In this document: positions 11,648 through 24,869 of the stretch, one piece after another
Layout: each line of letters opens with the position of its first letter
Numbering within the stretch: position 1 is the stretch's first letter
NCBI RefSeq assembly: GCF_001194135.2
Contig: NC_069000.1
Coordinates: 29,213,833-29,254,759, forward strand
Length of the DNA stretch: 40,927 nt
From: Octopus bimaculoides
Lineage: Eukaryota
Reading direction: 5' to 3'
The notes under the pieces: model-generated
The model's input: the letters and a program-made list of their open reading frames with translations, nothing else
Databases searched by the model: none
Told to the model about the DNA's origin: nothing
Position numbers and translations under genes: made by a program

Positions 11648-12843
11648 CAGGGTGGGCAGAGAGGGTGGACGTTTCTGAAATGGCTATTACATGAAAGAGC
11701 ATTGCATGTTTGCCTGTGACAGGTACATGGAGTCTGTTACAGCAGTTCAGCATGAGTTTCAGTGCCACTTCACCGAAATCAGGCTTACGTTGGATGAATA
11801 CACTTCATACACGAGGTACACTAATGAACAGGAGACCAGTGGAGGTGCCACAAATGGTATGGACCCCAGAAAATGTGGAACATGTCAGACAAGCTTTGAT
11901 ACGAAGTCCAAATCATTCTGCTTGGAGGCATTCCACTGGACTTGACATCTGTAATCAATCAGTAAGGTGTGTTTAGCATGAAGACCTGCATTTCCACCCA
12001 TACAAATTGGTCATTGGGCAACAGTGGAAACCATGGGGCTATGCACAGTGGCTTAACTTTGCACATCATATAGAATCAATGTTTGAGGTAAATGACAACC
12101 TCATTTTGTTAATGCGTGATGAAGCTCATTTTCATCTCAATGGCATGGTGAATCAACAGAACTGTCGTTATTGGGCTCTTGAAAATCCAAGAGAACTGCA
12201 CGAAAGATCACTTGCACAGCCCAAAAGTGATGGCCTGGTGTACTGTTGGAAAAGTTGTCATCCTTAATTTTTTGAAGATAATAATGGAAATGCTGTTACT
12301 GTGAACGCCAAGCATTACATCAAGATGACAAACAACTTCTTTGAGCCTGAATTATGACAAAAACGTATGCCTATTCGATGTGTGGTTTCAGCAGGATGGG
12401 GCAAGAGCCCACACAGCCAGAGCATCAATGGACGTTCTTTGCTCTCTCTTCAATGACTGCCTCATTTCCAGGTTTGCTGACATTCCTAGGCCTCCCTCAG
12501 TCCTCTGATTTGTCTATGTGTGATTATTTCTTGTGGGGAAACCTCAAGGGATGTGTGTATGTACATAAACCCCATACATTGGACGATTTGAAGGAAGCTA
12601 TTCGCATGGAACTCACCCAAATCGACAGAACAATACCCGAGAGAATGGAGGCCAACTTCCAAAAACGCCTTCAGAGATGCATCGATGAAAACAGACACCA
12701 CATGATGGATGTTGCTTTCCACACTTCGTTTTGGCAAATGCTAATTTAATATGAACACATTGATGTCAATAAAATTTGTTTGCAGCTAAGATTAATGATT
12801 TTGTGAATTTTTCAAAAACGTCCATCCTCTCTGCCCCACCCTG
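11648..12843 (+). mobile_element. Near full-length decayed DD41D (rosa-type) Tc1/mariner element
   Basis: TA|cagggtgggcagagagggtggacgttt ... aaacgtccatcctctctgccccaccctg|TA. Motifs DEAHFHLNGMVNQQNCRYW, WFQQDG and SDLSMCDYFLWG; 41 residues between D2 and D3 after correcting one frameshift. Confidence 0.88.
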
Positions 12844-12987
12844 TATTATCCTTCAAGCCATACAACTTTGCAAACTGAGCCCCCCACCAAGCCTTTCCAT
12901 GGTTGTTTGACCTGCTAAGTATAGGAGAAGTCAAATGTCCCTCAAATCAAACCTTTTTTTAAAATTACGATTGCATTTGACAATGTA

Positions 12988-13821
12988 CAGGATGTTCAGG
13001 CTAAATCTGACAATTTTTTTTTCAGGAACAGCTTGATGTATTAGAAAATGCTCAATGACATTGGAGAACATAAAGATTAAAGTTGCAGTTGAGAAAAAGT
13101 TAGCTGACAATGATGACTAGAAGCCATCTGATTATTGGCAAAGTTTACCTGTATCATGATGATTCATGCAAGGTATCAAAATGCTGACATCATGCTTGCT
13201 GCTCAATGCTCGATGAACACTGTAAAGCCTGTAAGACATGACATGGGCAGCAGCAAGAAGGGACCCAGCAGGTATTCTGACTGTGACCACACACTGGAAT
13301 TCATCCAAAAAATGGGCTTTAGGCTCAATTCAGATGGTTATGTGAAGCTGCTGGAGACTGTAGTCAAACCCTGGCTAGAGAAAGTTACTGCTAGAAGGCC
13401 TTATGTTTGGTAGCAGGATTCAGCTCTTTGCCATACTTTTGGAAAGAATTAGAAGTGGTTGTCGAAGAATCTCTATGACTTCACCAGCCCCTATTTTTGC
13501 CCTCCTAATTTTCTCGGTTGTTATCCCATGGATTACAATTGAGGAGGCAGTTGAGAAAGACATCAACTGCTCAGCTTACAACACCAAGGATGAACTGGTG
13601 GCCAAGATGAAGGAGGTGTCTGAAGATCTTCCTAGACACAGTAAGGAATGCATGCCCCAGATTCCACAGCTATCTTGAGGCCATGGTAGAAGCTACTTTG
13701 AGTAAATTGCTATCTCCCAGCCATAATCGAATTGAACCTTTGATTTTTTAAAATATTTCTATTTGTAAATGAGATATTGTGTTTTCTTCTCCTTTTATAC
13801 AAATTCAGTCCAAATTCCCTG
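12988..13821 (+). mobile_element. Internally deleted DD37D (maT-type) mariner-like element
   Basis: TA flanks with degenerate cagg(a/g)... TIRs. NSDGYVKLLETVVKPWL...QDS...CHT...PMDY; 37 residues between the D's after frameshift correction. Confidence 0.7.
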
Positions 13822-14394
13822 TAGGCCTATACACACTTATATCTGAATATAAGATGGAATGTGACATATGGCTAAACAAAACCATGAAAACTGGCAATAG
13901 TCCCAATTTTCTATAGGTAAGTAGTGACAAACAGACAGACAGTCAATCACAGCTGACCAAACAGATAAGCCTAGGAACCTAGAAAGGTTGACAGCCTTTA
14001 TCCTTTTTACTGACTTTTCATTGTGCCTGAAGTTAGTGATAACAGGGACCATGGTAACATAGAGATCTTCAGAAATATATTGCATAAGTGATGTATGTTT
14101 TGGCAGCTGGTAGTGTTGTACTTAAATCTATGTAGATTTAAGTATAACACCACCACTTGACCCACAGAAACTTTTAGCAGAGTCCACTTTGTTGTAAACA
14201 TTCAGTTTAGGTCACTGTTCAGAGAATATCAAGATCTTGAGTTATAGGTAGTGACTTTCTCCATTAAACCACAAAAAAAAAATTAAAAAAAAGGAAGATG
14301 TCATTCTGATCTATCCTCTCTCACATGTGAGGAAGTTTGTAGTGATACATGGTCTAACAATTCAATGGGCCACAAAGCACTGTTAATATATATG

Positions 14395-14770
14395 TTACTA
14401 GCGGGACCTGTGAATATTTCACAGAATTAATGGTAAACGAGTTATTTCTGAAAAGTTTATCCAAAAAACCTGAAAGCATAACCTGTGTTGGGTCTGTATG
14501 GAAAGATAAGACATTCATCTACTACTCATTGAAAAGTGAAAGAAATTGGAATATGATGATTACTTAATGCACTTTGTATAAACACTCTATATACTTTATG
14601 CACAATTTTATAGACTTATTATACAACACTCATAAAATAAATATTTACTCTTATTTTTCCATTTTCCCCATAAACAAAAAAAAAAAAATTCTGTACATAC
14701 GATACAACCTTTAATTAAATTGCATATATCTGCCATGTAAATAAGCGTGAGTATTTCACAGAATTGCACT
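14395..14770 (+). mobile_element. Possible non-autonomous Helitron-like element
   Basis: Begins tatgttACTAGCGGGACC; gtgaatatttcacagaatt recurs as gtgagtatttcacagaatt near 14747. Class assignment is by recalled end motif only. Confidence 0.3.
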
Positions 14771-15359
14771 TATGCGCATGCGTTAAGTGGTAGGTGATAC
14801 AAAAAACTTAGTTCAATAAAAAAAAAGATACACTTTTCATTATCCAATCACCACCACCACCACCACCATCATCATCATCATTATCTCTCTCTCTCTCTCT
14901 CTGCCTTTCTTTAACCTCACCATCACAACATCACCCCTCTGCTAAAATTATATTTTTAACTCTCCTCTTCTACCTTACACTAACTTTTTTAATCACGTAA
15001 TAAATATTACATTTCCCCCTACATCATGTCATGGACACTTCTCTCTTCCTCTTTCTGTCTCACTTTTTGTTTTATCGGCTTTTTCCCTCTCCTTTTTCTT
15101 TCTCCTCTCTTTCCCTTCAATTAATCATGCGAAAACATCACAATTACATTCCCTCTACCTCATGTCATGGACGCTTCTCTCTCCCTCTTTTTTCCCTCCC
15201 TTTTTTTCTCTAATCATGTGGAAGTGTTATTGATGGGCTAAGTAATGCAATGACAAGCAGAATTATTATAAGATTTTAAATGAAGACCAATCAATTGAAA
15301 ATTATGAAAAAAAAAACATTTCAAAGTTGAATATTCAAATAAAGGATAATGAAACATAC

Positions 15360-15587
15360 TTGATACTTTTGATAAGAGTTTAAGTTCTCCTCAGTTAGTT
15401 TGTTGTTTTCAGCTTGTAAATTTTCACACATTGCTGAGGTGTTTCTCTCTTTTTCAAGAAGACTTTGATTTCTTAGAGATTCTATTTCAGATGGCAGGCA
15501 AAAACTTTCGTGATTCTCATTGGTACTCAGCGTTTCTTTATTATCCTCATGTACCTTCAGAAACATACAGAAACTTTGGTCAGTAAC
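15360..15587 (-). CDS. OPTN/IKBKG-like: OPTN/NEMO-like exon C (VTDQSFCMFLKVHEDNKE...SYQKYQ)
   Basis: Acceptor cttccaaag|GTT, with an alternative in-frame acceptor starting at 15554; donor CAA|gtatgt; phase 0-0; coiled-coil composition. Confidence 0.75.
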
Positions 15588-16129
15588 CTTTGGAAGAAGC
15601 AAATCAATAAAAAGGAGCATCCATTGCAAACCAGTTTGAGGGAGGTTCTACAGAGTTGCTTGACCCCAAATAAATCACCCTTAACCAATACCTATTGTTT
15701 CTAAATGCATATCACATATTTAGCGTGCTCATCATTCTTTTTTTCCTTTAATTTTAAAATATTTAATCTGAAAAAGAGTAGAGGTTTGATGGAACCATTG
15801 GAGCATTAGAAAAGTGTCTTGTATTTAGTTACAGCCCTTTTACATTTTCAGTTCAAATCTTGCAAAAGTCAACTCAGCACCAGTACTTCACTGGTATTAA
15901 TTTAATATCAGTGAAGTACTGGGGCTGATTTAATAAGCTGTATCCTTCTATCCCACTAAATTTGTTACATCAATGTCAGAAATCAATATTTTATCCAAGG
16001 AAGAAACAGACGAAGGGAGTTGGACATAGAGTCTCCAGCACATCATCGTCATTACTAAGTTCAGCCTTCTGAGATCAGCATTCGCTACTTCTTTCCATAT
16101 CTTCTTTGGTCTTCCACAGCTTCTTTCTA

Positions 16130-16450
16130 TTTAGATGACTTGGTACTTCTTTTAGCCAAGTGTCATCCTACATATGTATCACTTGTCCACACTAGATCAA
16201 TCTTCTCTTTTGCACACTACAAGTGATTTCTCTTAAATCCATTTTGTCTTTCAACTCATTTGTGATCTGCCATTCATGCATGCTAACATTATATATCCTA
16301 TGTAGCTGGCTCACCTAATTTCTTCCCAACCTATGGTCATCCTCCACATTCCATGCTCATTTCCCTACCATACAACACTACACTTCTTATACAGGCATCA
16401 TGCATTTTGTCCTTCACTTAGAATGAATGCCTTTGTTACTATCAGAAGTA
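16130..16450 (-). mobile_element. Highly decayed RTE ORF2 C-terminal fragment
   Basis: Similar to the RTE C-terminal region at 24416-24700. Confidence 0.5.
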
Positions 16451-17002
16451 ATATCATTATATTATCAAATGCCCTTTACTTTTTCGAAAAATTGTGAGGT
16501 ATGGCATGATTGAAAAGAAATTATGCTGCTATTTCTACCAAGTCAACTACAGAGGAGTGGACATTGGTATGCTTTATGGGAGTGTTAATGAAGCCACCTA
16601 AAGTAAGCAAATAGATTTACCTTACCACAATGTATTGACAGTGTACATTGTATCAGTTAACAAGTTTAAAACAGCAGAGCCATACTACCACAAGTATTTC
16701 CTAATTTACAAAAACATTCTGATAAACATCTGCTGCTGAATGATTAAAGATCTGAATAGGTGAACCACAGGTTGTATGTGTGAATGATGCCATTAAATTA
16801 ATATTCTAATTATTGTGTTAAAAATAAAACACACTGCTCAATTTGTAAATAACAGAAAACGAGGTAAAAATGTCAGATCTAAAGGTGAAGTAAAGTTAGT
16901 CATTTAGAAAATCAGAGAAGCCCCATGAAACACCTATTAAAAATATACTTTGTAAATGGTCACATCAACAAAATAAAAATATAAGTTTTGAAAGTAGTAG
17001 TA

Positions 17003-17387
17003 GTGGCACTCCGTCGGTTATGATGACGAGGGTTCCAGTTGATCCGATCAATGGAACAGCCTGCTCGTGAAATTAATGCGCAAGTGGCTGAGCACTCCAC
17101 AGACACATGTACCTTTAACATAGTTCTCAGGGAGATTCAGCGTGACGCAGAGTGTGACAAGGCTGGCCCTTCAAAATACAGGTACAACAGAAACAGGAAG
17201 AAAGAGTGAGAGGAAGTTGTGGTAAAAGAGTACAGTAGGGTTTGCCACCACCCCCTGCTGGAGCCTCACGGTGCTTTAGGTGTTTTCGCTCAATAAGTAC
17301 TCACAAAGCCTGGTCTGGGAATTGAAACCACGATCCTACGGCCGCGAGTCCACTGCCCTAACCACTGGACCATTGCACATCCACATT
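17003..17387 (-). mobile_element. Full-length tRNA-derived SINE (family 4) with (TAC)n tail
   Basis: Minus-strand head tggtccagtggttagggcagtggactcgcggccgtaggatcgtggtttcaattcc carries A and B boxes; (tag)n on both sides. Confidence 0.8.
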
Positions 17388-17407
17388 AGTAGTAGTAGTA
17401 GGTATTA

Positions 17408-17612
17408 AGGCGATGAGCTAGCAGAATCATTATCATGCTGGACAAAACACTTAACAGCACTTCTTCCAACATTTTGTTTTGATTTCAAATCCTGCTGAAA
17501 TTGACTTTGACTTGCATGCTTTTGGAGTCAATAAAGTAAGTACCAGTTGAGCACTGGGGCCAATGTAATAAACTAACCCCATCACCTAAAATTTCAGGCC
17601 TTTTGCCTATTC
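17408..17612 (+). mobile_element. SINE family 1 copy (older)
   Basis: aggcgatgagctagcagaat...tttcaaatcc...gtaccagttgagcactgggg...aaatttcaggcct. Confidence 0.7.
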
Positions 17613-20199
17613 TTATTATTACTTTTGATTTGGTCCAGGGGTTACAGCAACGGCCATTGCTGGCTCTTCAAGATCAGTGAGATCAATGCGGTCATTATTA
17701 TCTTCTTGAACAGTTTCAAGATGACTGAGGAAGAAGTATGTGCATGGAGCGAATTCCAGAAGGCTGCGATAGTGATTAGTTCAAGGCATGAAAGGTGGAC
17801 ACAATATGGATTATTAGAGGAGGAAAGGTAAGTTAAATGAGAGTGGTATGAGACAGTTGGCTCTGAGGTGCAAAAAAACATAGTAGTAGCAGTAGAAAAT
17901 ACAGAGAGAGGATACAGCAAATCTGGGGGTCAGATGTTGAAGTGTGAGGACCCAGAGAAAAAGGCTAAAATAAACACAATTATAAGAAAATATTTGTCAA
18001 AACTTTTTTTTGTTTTTTATGTTCTTGTTTCTATTCTTCATTTATAAAAGCCAAAGCAAGAAGTAGGCAGGTAGATAGACAACCAGACCAATGGATAGAC
18101 TGACAAACACAACAGATAGAAAATATAAAAACAGTGAACTTAGTCATTGTGTATGTCATGTTTTTGGCAACAGGATGTCCTATCTTTCACTAAAGCCTGG
18201 TCTGAGTAAATTTGATCATGGTACAAGTATTAGAGAGGTTGTTGCATGGGTTGGATTCAGACATACACACACAGTCGCCTGAAACCCCTCACTGACATAA
18301 CAGAATATCCATTTCTGCATTCTAATAATGGCTGCCAAGAAAGTTGAAACCACACCTAAACTTCCACCAATGGAAACTAGTATGTCTCTGTTGTAATATG
18401 ACAATATCATTTCAAAGTACAACTAATTCAATATGAAACTGATTAAAATATTTTTCCATAATGTATGCAAGTGTGTATGTAATGGATGTTATCAATAAAT
18501 CTATAAACCAAATTCTATTCACTAACTGTTACCAACACAGACCTTCACCAGTTTTCTTGATAGCAAATTTTACACTCTTGGTCTTATAACTAACCTCTAA
18601 TTTAGCTTTAACAACTAACATCACCAGATGAAGTAGCCTCTATTTATATATCTATAACAGACTGATAACTAAACTACACTACAGAAGATCAAATGGTTTC
18701 ATCATATTCTCTATTATTCATTATTTGCTTGATTCATTTTCCAGTATTTCACCACCAACTTTAGTAAGGATAACTAATTCAGATTTCAGTGAAATGAAGT
18801 GAAAAGTTTACAGCCAAAATAGTACAGGATTAGTCAGCCAAAGTATTAGTAAGCCCCAAAAATAATTATCAGAAGAGTCAAAATGTGAACTTCATTGCGA
18901 TACACCCAGAACTGTGTACAACTGATACAAACTTACCTTCATTAAATTCTGTCCACCAATGACATTTTGTGTTGACACATTATGGCTTTTTTTTAACATA
19001 ACCCCAACGATCATGTTTTAAAGCATTTATAGCAATCAGTTCCTTAACTAATTTTTGCATCTCAGTCTGTAAGATATTTCATCAGAATTTTTAATTAATT
19101 TCTTAAATGTATTCCCTATACCTAATACTTAGGTGTAGATAACTTGGATCAATGAGTTTACCTCACACAGTATATTTGTACCAGACACATTTGAGACAAT
19201 GATCAAACAACTAGCTTTCTTAAAGACACTAATTACAACTTTGACAAATTTCAATCTACACAAATATTTTTTATCTCTTAAAGATGACACAGCAAAAAAG
19301 TTTCTACAGTCTTAAACACTTACTCAAATAGCAGTCAATTCTTTACAAAGGTAAACAATTCTCATTCCAAGATGCCAAAAGCTTTTATTAAGGATATTAA
19401 AATTTCATATATTTATTCATTATCCATGTAGGAGTTATTAATGATAGACCATCCATCTTGTACCATTACAAGAGTTGTGTCATTCACCATATTGATTATA
19501 TTTATTATATATAATTCTATTACTTTATTGCAGTAGTTTAGATGGCAGAGGTAAGTGATCCATGACAAGTTTTAAGACAAAACTAGCCAGTTCAATCCTT
19601 GTTTTAAGCTGGCAAATGCTCTGGTTTCAACATGGAACTTTATTTCATGGAACTAAATATATGTTTAATCAAAACAGATGGATAAAATTATATGTCTTTA
19701 TATCATTGCAACAATCTCTTTTGGTTTTCACTTATCTCTTCCTGTTAACAATGTGTACCATGTAACTACTCAAAAATTATTTCTGATGTTATGTTCAAAG
19801 CTATCAGTACAACAGTAAATTTTCTACTGTATCACTACAATACAAAAGAGGAATTGTAATCATGGAGTTGAAATGGAGATTTACATCATTCAGATACTGC
19901 TCATGAATGGTTGCTTTAATTGTTGGTGTTGTTTCGCCCCTGCTTAGCCCTGTTTGAACCTAACTTTACCCTAATCATTTTATTTCCTCATGCTACCCAA
20001 ATCTTCTTTGGATAGCATTTCATTAAAAACAGCTTATGGGTTCTTTGATAATCAATATTTAGTGTTTCAAGTGAATGTGTGCTGCATACTTCCAGTTGAT
20101 CAGTTGGCCTTCATCCCACTGGTACCATTTGCCAGGTAAAGATTGTTGAGTTTGCATTTCAAGAGAATTTCTGAGATTTTTTTTTTAATTTAATACATC

Positions 20200-20580
20200 A
20201 AATAATCTGTATCAAGATATATTCTTCAACTGTATAGAGTTGGCATTGCTCGAATTTCCATTTATATAAGCTGTGGTAGCACTCAATAACTGGCCATTCA
20301 ATATCCCAGTCTTTCACACTTCAGTTTTTAGCTTCCATCACAGTCACATGTATCTTGATAAAGCTGGAATGTTTCTCTCCCTGTCACCACCATACAAAAT
20401 TTCATATAACCAAGGAATTCATTGTGCATTCATTTAATCAAGTGTTTTACAATTTTTGCACTTCTCAATAAGAGCATCTGACTAAAATTATATACCTCAA
20501 ATAGTGACATCTGCATACAATAAGTATTGTGAATCTTATGGGGCCAGCTGACAATACTTCCAATATTGTGCAACTCCTTT
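20200..20580 (-). mobile_element. Very decayed RTE-like RT fragment
   Basis: Minus strand gives LYADVTI (YADD-like) and NSIQ; heavily disrupted. Confidence 0.3.
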
Positions 20581-20799
20581 TACTAGTACTATGCATTGGA
20601 TTGTAATTGTGCTGGGTCACTGCTTTTAAGCTCTAGTCAATTACATCAACTCTACCCTCACCCTACCCTCCAGTATCTATTTTAATCACCTTCAAAAGAA
20701 TGGAAGATAAATTAGGTTTGAGCAGGAGTTGAACTCAAACATAAACATCACAAAGTGAACCAATTCTCCACAATCTTACAATAATTATTTTGATCAGCC

Positions 20800-21350
20800 A
20801 TTTCTACTAACTATACTGATGATACAAAAATACCAAAGGCAACTAAAAGTCGCAATGATGTCAAAAATGTTCAGAAAGTTCTCAATGCAATGTACAGGTG
20901 GGTTGGCAAAAAGAGCATGCAATTTTATGTTGGAAAGTTTCAAACTTATCACTACCTGCCCAATAGAATGTAACCAGGATACACATGACCTAGGGAGATT
21001 ACAAACCTAGTGTCACAACCAGTAAGTAATCTTCGATCAGAATGAATAATGGTACATTATTTAATTTATTTATTATTAAAATGAAATCAAAATGGAGATG
21101 ACTGGCAGGGTGAAGTTCTGAGAGCATTTAGAATCAGAAACAATGTTGGTCTTGTAGAAAATATTTGTTCTTGGCTGTATGGAACCAACTATGGCTTCAA
21201 CACACTAACTGTGGAAATTAAGCAATCTAATGCTCCTACAACAAAAGAGATTGTGTCTATTCAGCAGATGGGATACTTGGATTGAATAAGGAAAACATGC
21301 AATAATATATACATACAGAAGATAATGGAAGGACTGGTACCACATTTTAG
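20800..21350 (+). mobile_element. Decayed CR1/L2-group LINE RT C-terminal part
   Basis: YTDDTKIPKATKSRNDVKNVQKVLNAMYRW...MQFYVGKF, later VLRAFR and KIMEGLVP. Confidence 0.65.
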
Positions 21351-21936
21351 CATTGAGATTTATAGACACCCCTAGAAATGGATGCTATGATATAGTGCCA
21401 GATATCTCACCCTTTCAATCTCAAGTTAGGACCAGATACTGCAATAGTTTAAAGGATTACAGTTTTTTAATATCCTGAGAAAAAAAATAACATAAGGATC
21501 TAGATCTAGTGGATCATTGAAATAACACAAGGATATTCTACTGTGTAAGATCCTAAATGAATGTCCATCACAACACAAAACATAAGAAGGCAGCAGTTTT
21601 TATAGCATTAAGCAGATGAAAGACTAACTACCCAAAATCCAACCAAATTGTCTTCCATAGCATGAGAAATGTAGGACTGGACAGAGAAAATGGACATAGG
21701 GATAGTGGTCATCATTTAACATCAACTTTCCATGCTGGCATGGATTAGATGGCTTCACGGGAGCTGGCTTGGCAGAAGGTTCAGAAATGTGTTTCAAAAC
21801 CACATGTTTCTAGGTTCAATATTGCTGTACAGGATCACATTGGGGATATGTCCTTTAGCATAGCCTCAGGTTAACCAATGCTTTGTGTGTGAAATTTTGT
21901 TCACATAAACTATACAGAAGTTCATTATGAATATAT

Positions 21937-22273
21937 GTGGCACGTAAAAAACACCATCTGAGCGCGATCGTTTCCAGCTTCGCCTTACTGGCACTTGTGC
22001 TGGTGGCATGTGAACAAAACATTAGAGTGACTCCTGTACAGGTGGCACATAAAAAACAGTATTTGAGCGTGGCCATTGCCAGTACCGCTGGACTAGCCCT
22101 CGTGCCAGTGGCACATAAAAAGCACCCACTACACTCTTGGAGTGGTTGGCATTAGGAAGGGCATCCAGCTGTAGAAACTCTACCAGATCATATTGGAGTC
22201 TGGTGTAGCCATCCAGTTTGCCAGTCCCCAGTCAAATCGTCCAACTCATGCTAGCATGGAAAGCGGACGTTAA

Positions 22274-22309
<36 letters not shown>

Positions 22310-22332
22310 NNNNNNNNNNAAGCGGACGTTAA

Positions 22333-22407
<75 letters not shown>

Positions 22408-22410
22408 GGG
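21937..22410 (+). mobile_element. RTE 3' UTR copy with (GAT)n tail; tail duplicated across a small gap
   Basis: Reverse complement of the 5157-5540 type; ends aagcggacgttaaatgatgat. Confidence 0.8.
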
Positions 22411-22801
22411 AGGCTAACTTTCTCTAGCAAATATTGGCAGAAGGTATACACATTGGCAAGAAATCAATTTCATCTGTGCACTGAAATTAAATACCTTGTG
22501 ATATTTACTTTGCCTGATTTGTCACTGTTGCCATCAGAAATTCAGTGAACCAGTTATTGGACCATTACACACCTGCAACCTTTAATGATGTTCACAAAAA
22601 ATGCAAAAAAATAATTTTTAAGTGTTAAGGTTCTCCTTAACACTTAAGGAATTACAAAGATTTTCAAAAACTGAAGGGTGAAAAACTCTTCAAGACAGTT
22701 GTATGAAGAAGTTATTTTGCATGGTTACAAAGAAATAAAAACATGAAAGCAGTCACTTTAAAATCCCTGTAATGAATAAATATCTTTTTAAACTATTTTA
22801 C

Positions 22802-22989
22802 CTGTGAAGATCTTTCCCTTTTGAGCTCATTTGTTAATTCAGTATTCCGCATTTGTAATTCTTGGATAGTTTTCTGTGATTCTTCAAAACAGGTTTTGTT
22901 ATGTGCACTGGCATTTATAACATTTTCTTTCCACTCTTTTATGCGATCCCAGTGTTGTTTCATTTTAGCATTGTTCGTTGCCAGTGTAT
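22802..22989 (-). CDS. OPTN/IKBKG-like: OPTN/NEMO-like exon B (DTLATNNAKMKQHWDRIKEWKENV...KRERSSQ)
   Basis: Acceptor aaacag|AT completes G+AT=Asp with exon A; donor CAG|gtaaaa, phase 0; NEMO-family motif. Confidence 0.9.
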
Positions 22990-23367
22990 CTGTTTCAGAG
23001 ATGAAAAATAGTAAAAATATTTTTTTTAAGAATTTATAAGTTATATAAACAGACAAACATATGACTCAAGTCAACAACAAAAAAAAAAAAACATCTACAT
23101 GGTTGCCTCACCTGCAATAAAATAGCAGTCAAATCTTCCTCAAATATCATCTTAAAATAATTGCAGCAACTCAAGAAATGAGTAAACCTGCTGGAAATAG
23201 TAGCCATTTAACTACAGCCTACTGCCAGACAAATTGGATACATAGTCTTAGATACAGACAAAAAAAAAAAAATGATCATAACTGGAAGATAAGCTATGCA
23301 CTTATTTTCCATTGTCAAAGACCATACCAAGAAAGATATCTGAAGGTAAAATGTGTTGTTCTATGTC

Positions 23368-23409
<42 letters not shown>

Positions 23410-23454
23410 AATGATAATTTCTGTCTGTTTGTGGCTGTGTGTGTATGTGTGTCA

Positions 23455-24850
23455 TCATCATCATCGTTTAACGTCCGCTTTCCATACTAGCATGGGTTGG
23501 ATGATTTGACTGAGGACTGAAGAAACCAGATGGCTACACCAGGTTCCAATCTGATTTGCAGAGTTTCTACAGCTGGATGCCCTTCCTAACTCCAACCACT
23601 CCGAGAGTATAGTGGGTGCTTTTATGCGCCACTGGCACGAAGGCCAGTCAGGCGGTACTGGCAACGGCCATGCTCGAAATGGTGTATTTTACATGCCACC
23701 TGCACAGGAGCCAGTCCAGCAGTACTGGCAACGAACTCGCTAGAATGTCTTTTCACGTGCCACTGACACAAGTGCCAGGAAGGCGACGTTGGTAACNNNN
23801 NNNNNNNNNNNNNNNNNNNNNNNNNNNNNNNNNNNNNNNNNNNNNNNNNNNNNNNNNNNNNNNNNNNNNNNNNNNNNNNNNNNNNNNNNNNNNNNNNNNN
23901 NNNNNNNNNNNNNNNNNNNNNNNNNNNNNNNNNNNNNNNNNNNNNNNNNNNNNNNNNNNNNNNNNNNNNNNNNNNNNNNNNNNNNNNNNNNNNNNNNNNN
24001 NNNNNNNNNNNNNNNNNNNNNNNNNNNNNNNNNNNNNNNNNNNNNNNNNNNNNNNNNNNNNNNNNNNNNNNNNNNNNNNNNNNNNNNNNNNNNNNNNNNN
24101 NNNNNNNNNNNNNNNNNNNNNNNNNNNNNNNNNNNNNNNNNNNNNNNNNNNNNNNNNNNNNNNNNNNNNNNNNNNNNNNNNNNNNNNNNNNNNNNNNNNN
24201 NNNNNNNNNNNNNNNNNNNNNNNNNNNNNNNNNNNNNNNNNNNNNNNNNNNNNNNNNNNNNNNNNNNNNNNNNNNNNNNNNNNNNNNNNNNNNNNNNNNN
24301 NNNNNNNNNNNNNNNNNNNNNNNNNNNNNNNNNNNNNNNNNNNNNNNNNNNNNNNNNNNNNNNNNNNNNNNNNNNNNNNNNNNNNNNNNNNNNNNNNNNN
24401 NNNNNNNNNNNNNNNCCATTCTTGCCACATGACCATACCAGCGCAATCGTCTCTCTTGCACACCACAACTGATGCTTCTTAGGTTCAACTTTTCTCTCAA
24501 GATACTTACACCCTGCCAGGTATGCACACTGACATTACTCATCCATCGGAGCATACTGGCTTCATTCCTTGCAAGCTTACGCATTTCCTCAGCAGTCACG
24601 GCCCATGTTTCACTGCCATATAGCATGGCTGTTCATACACATGCATCATACAGTCTGCCTTTTACTCTGAGTGAGAGGCCCTTTGTCGCCAGCAGAGGTA
24701 AGAGCTCTCTGAACTTTGCCCAGAGAGCAAAGGTCTATTCTTATTCTAGCAGCTACACTTTCAGCACACCCTCCCCCACTACTAACTTGGTCACCTAGAT
24801 ATCAGAAGCTATCAGCTACGTCCAGTTTTTCTCCCTGGAATGTGACAGAA
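23455..24850 (-). mobile_element. 5'-truncated RTE LINE (ORF2 C-terminus plus 3' UTR), interrupted by gap 23797-24415
   Basis: YLGDQVSS...WAKFRELLPLL...RVKGRLYDACV*TAMLYGSETW...ERRLRWYGHVARM; (cat)n tail at the left. Confidence 0.9.
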
Positions 24851-24869
24851 GTTGTTTTCTGCACATTTT

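Noticed and set aside
15006-15190. ~45-bp direct repeat spaced ~137 bp apart
   Set aside because: Probably an internal repeat of the low-complexity or Helitron-like block; no sign of separate function.
17625-17831. ORF with GHCWLFKISEINAVIIIF, faintly like a secretin/adhesion GPCR loop
   Set aside because: Too short, with no further transmembrane segments or convincing splice partners.
18216-18422. Minus-strand ORF as an additional host exon
   Set aside because: Hydrophobic rather than coiled-coil, no convincing phase-0 splice sites, and exons B and C already join in frame.
22261-22410. aagcggacgttaaatgatgat duplicated on both sides of a 10-N gap
   Set aside because: Typical overlap of contig ends at a microsatellite; an assembly artefact.
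23622-24626. Long ORFs spanning N runs (also 30242-31064, 37328-38191, 38895-39584)
   Set aside because: Length comes from X codons. Only the flanking RTE and Tx1 coding parts are real.
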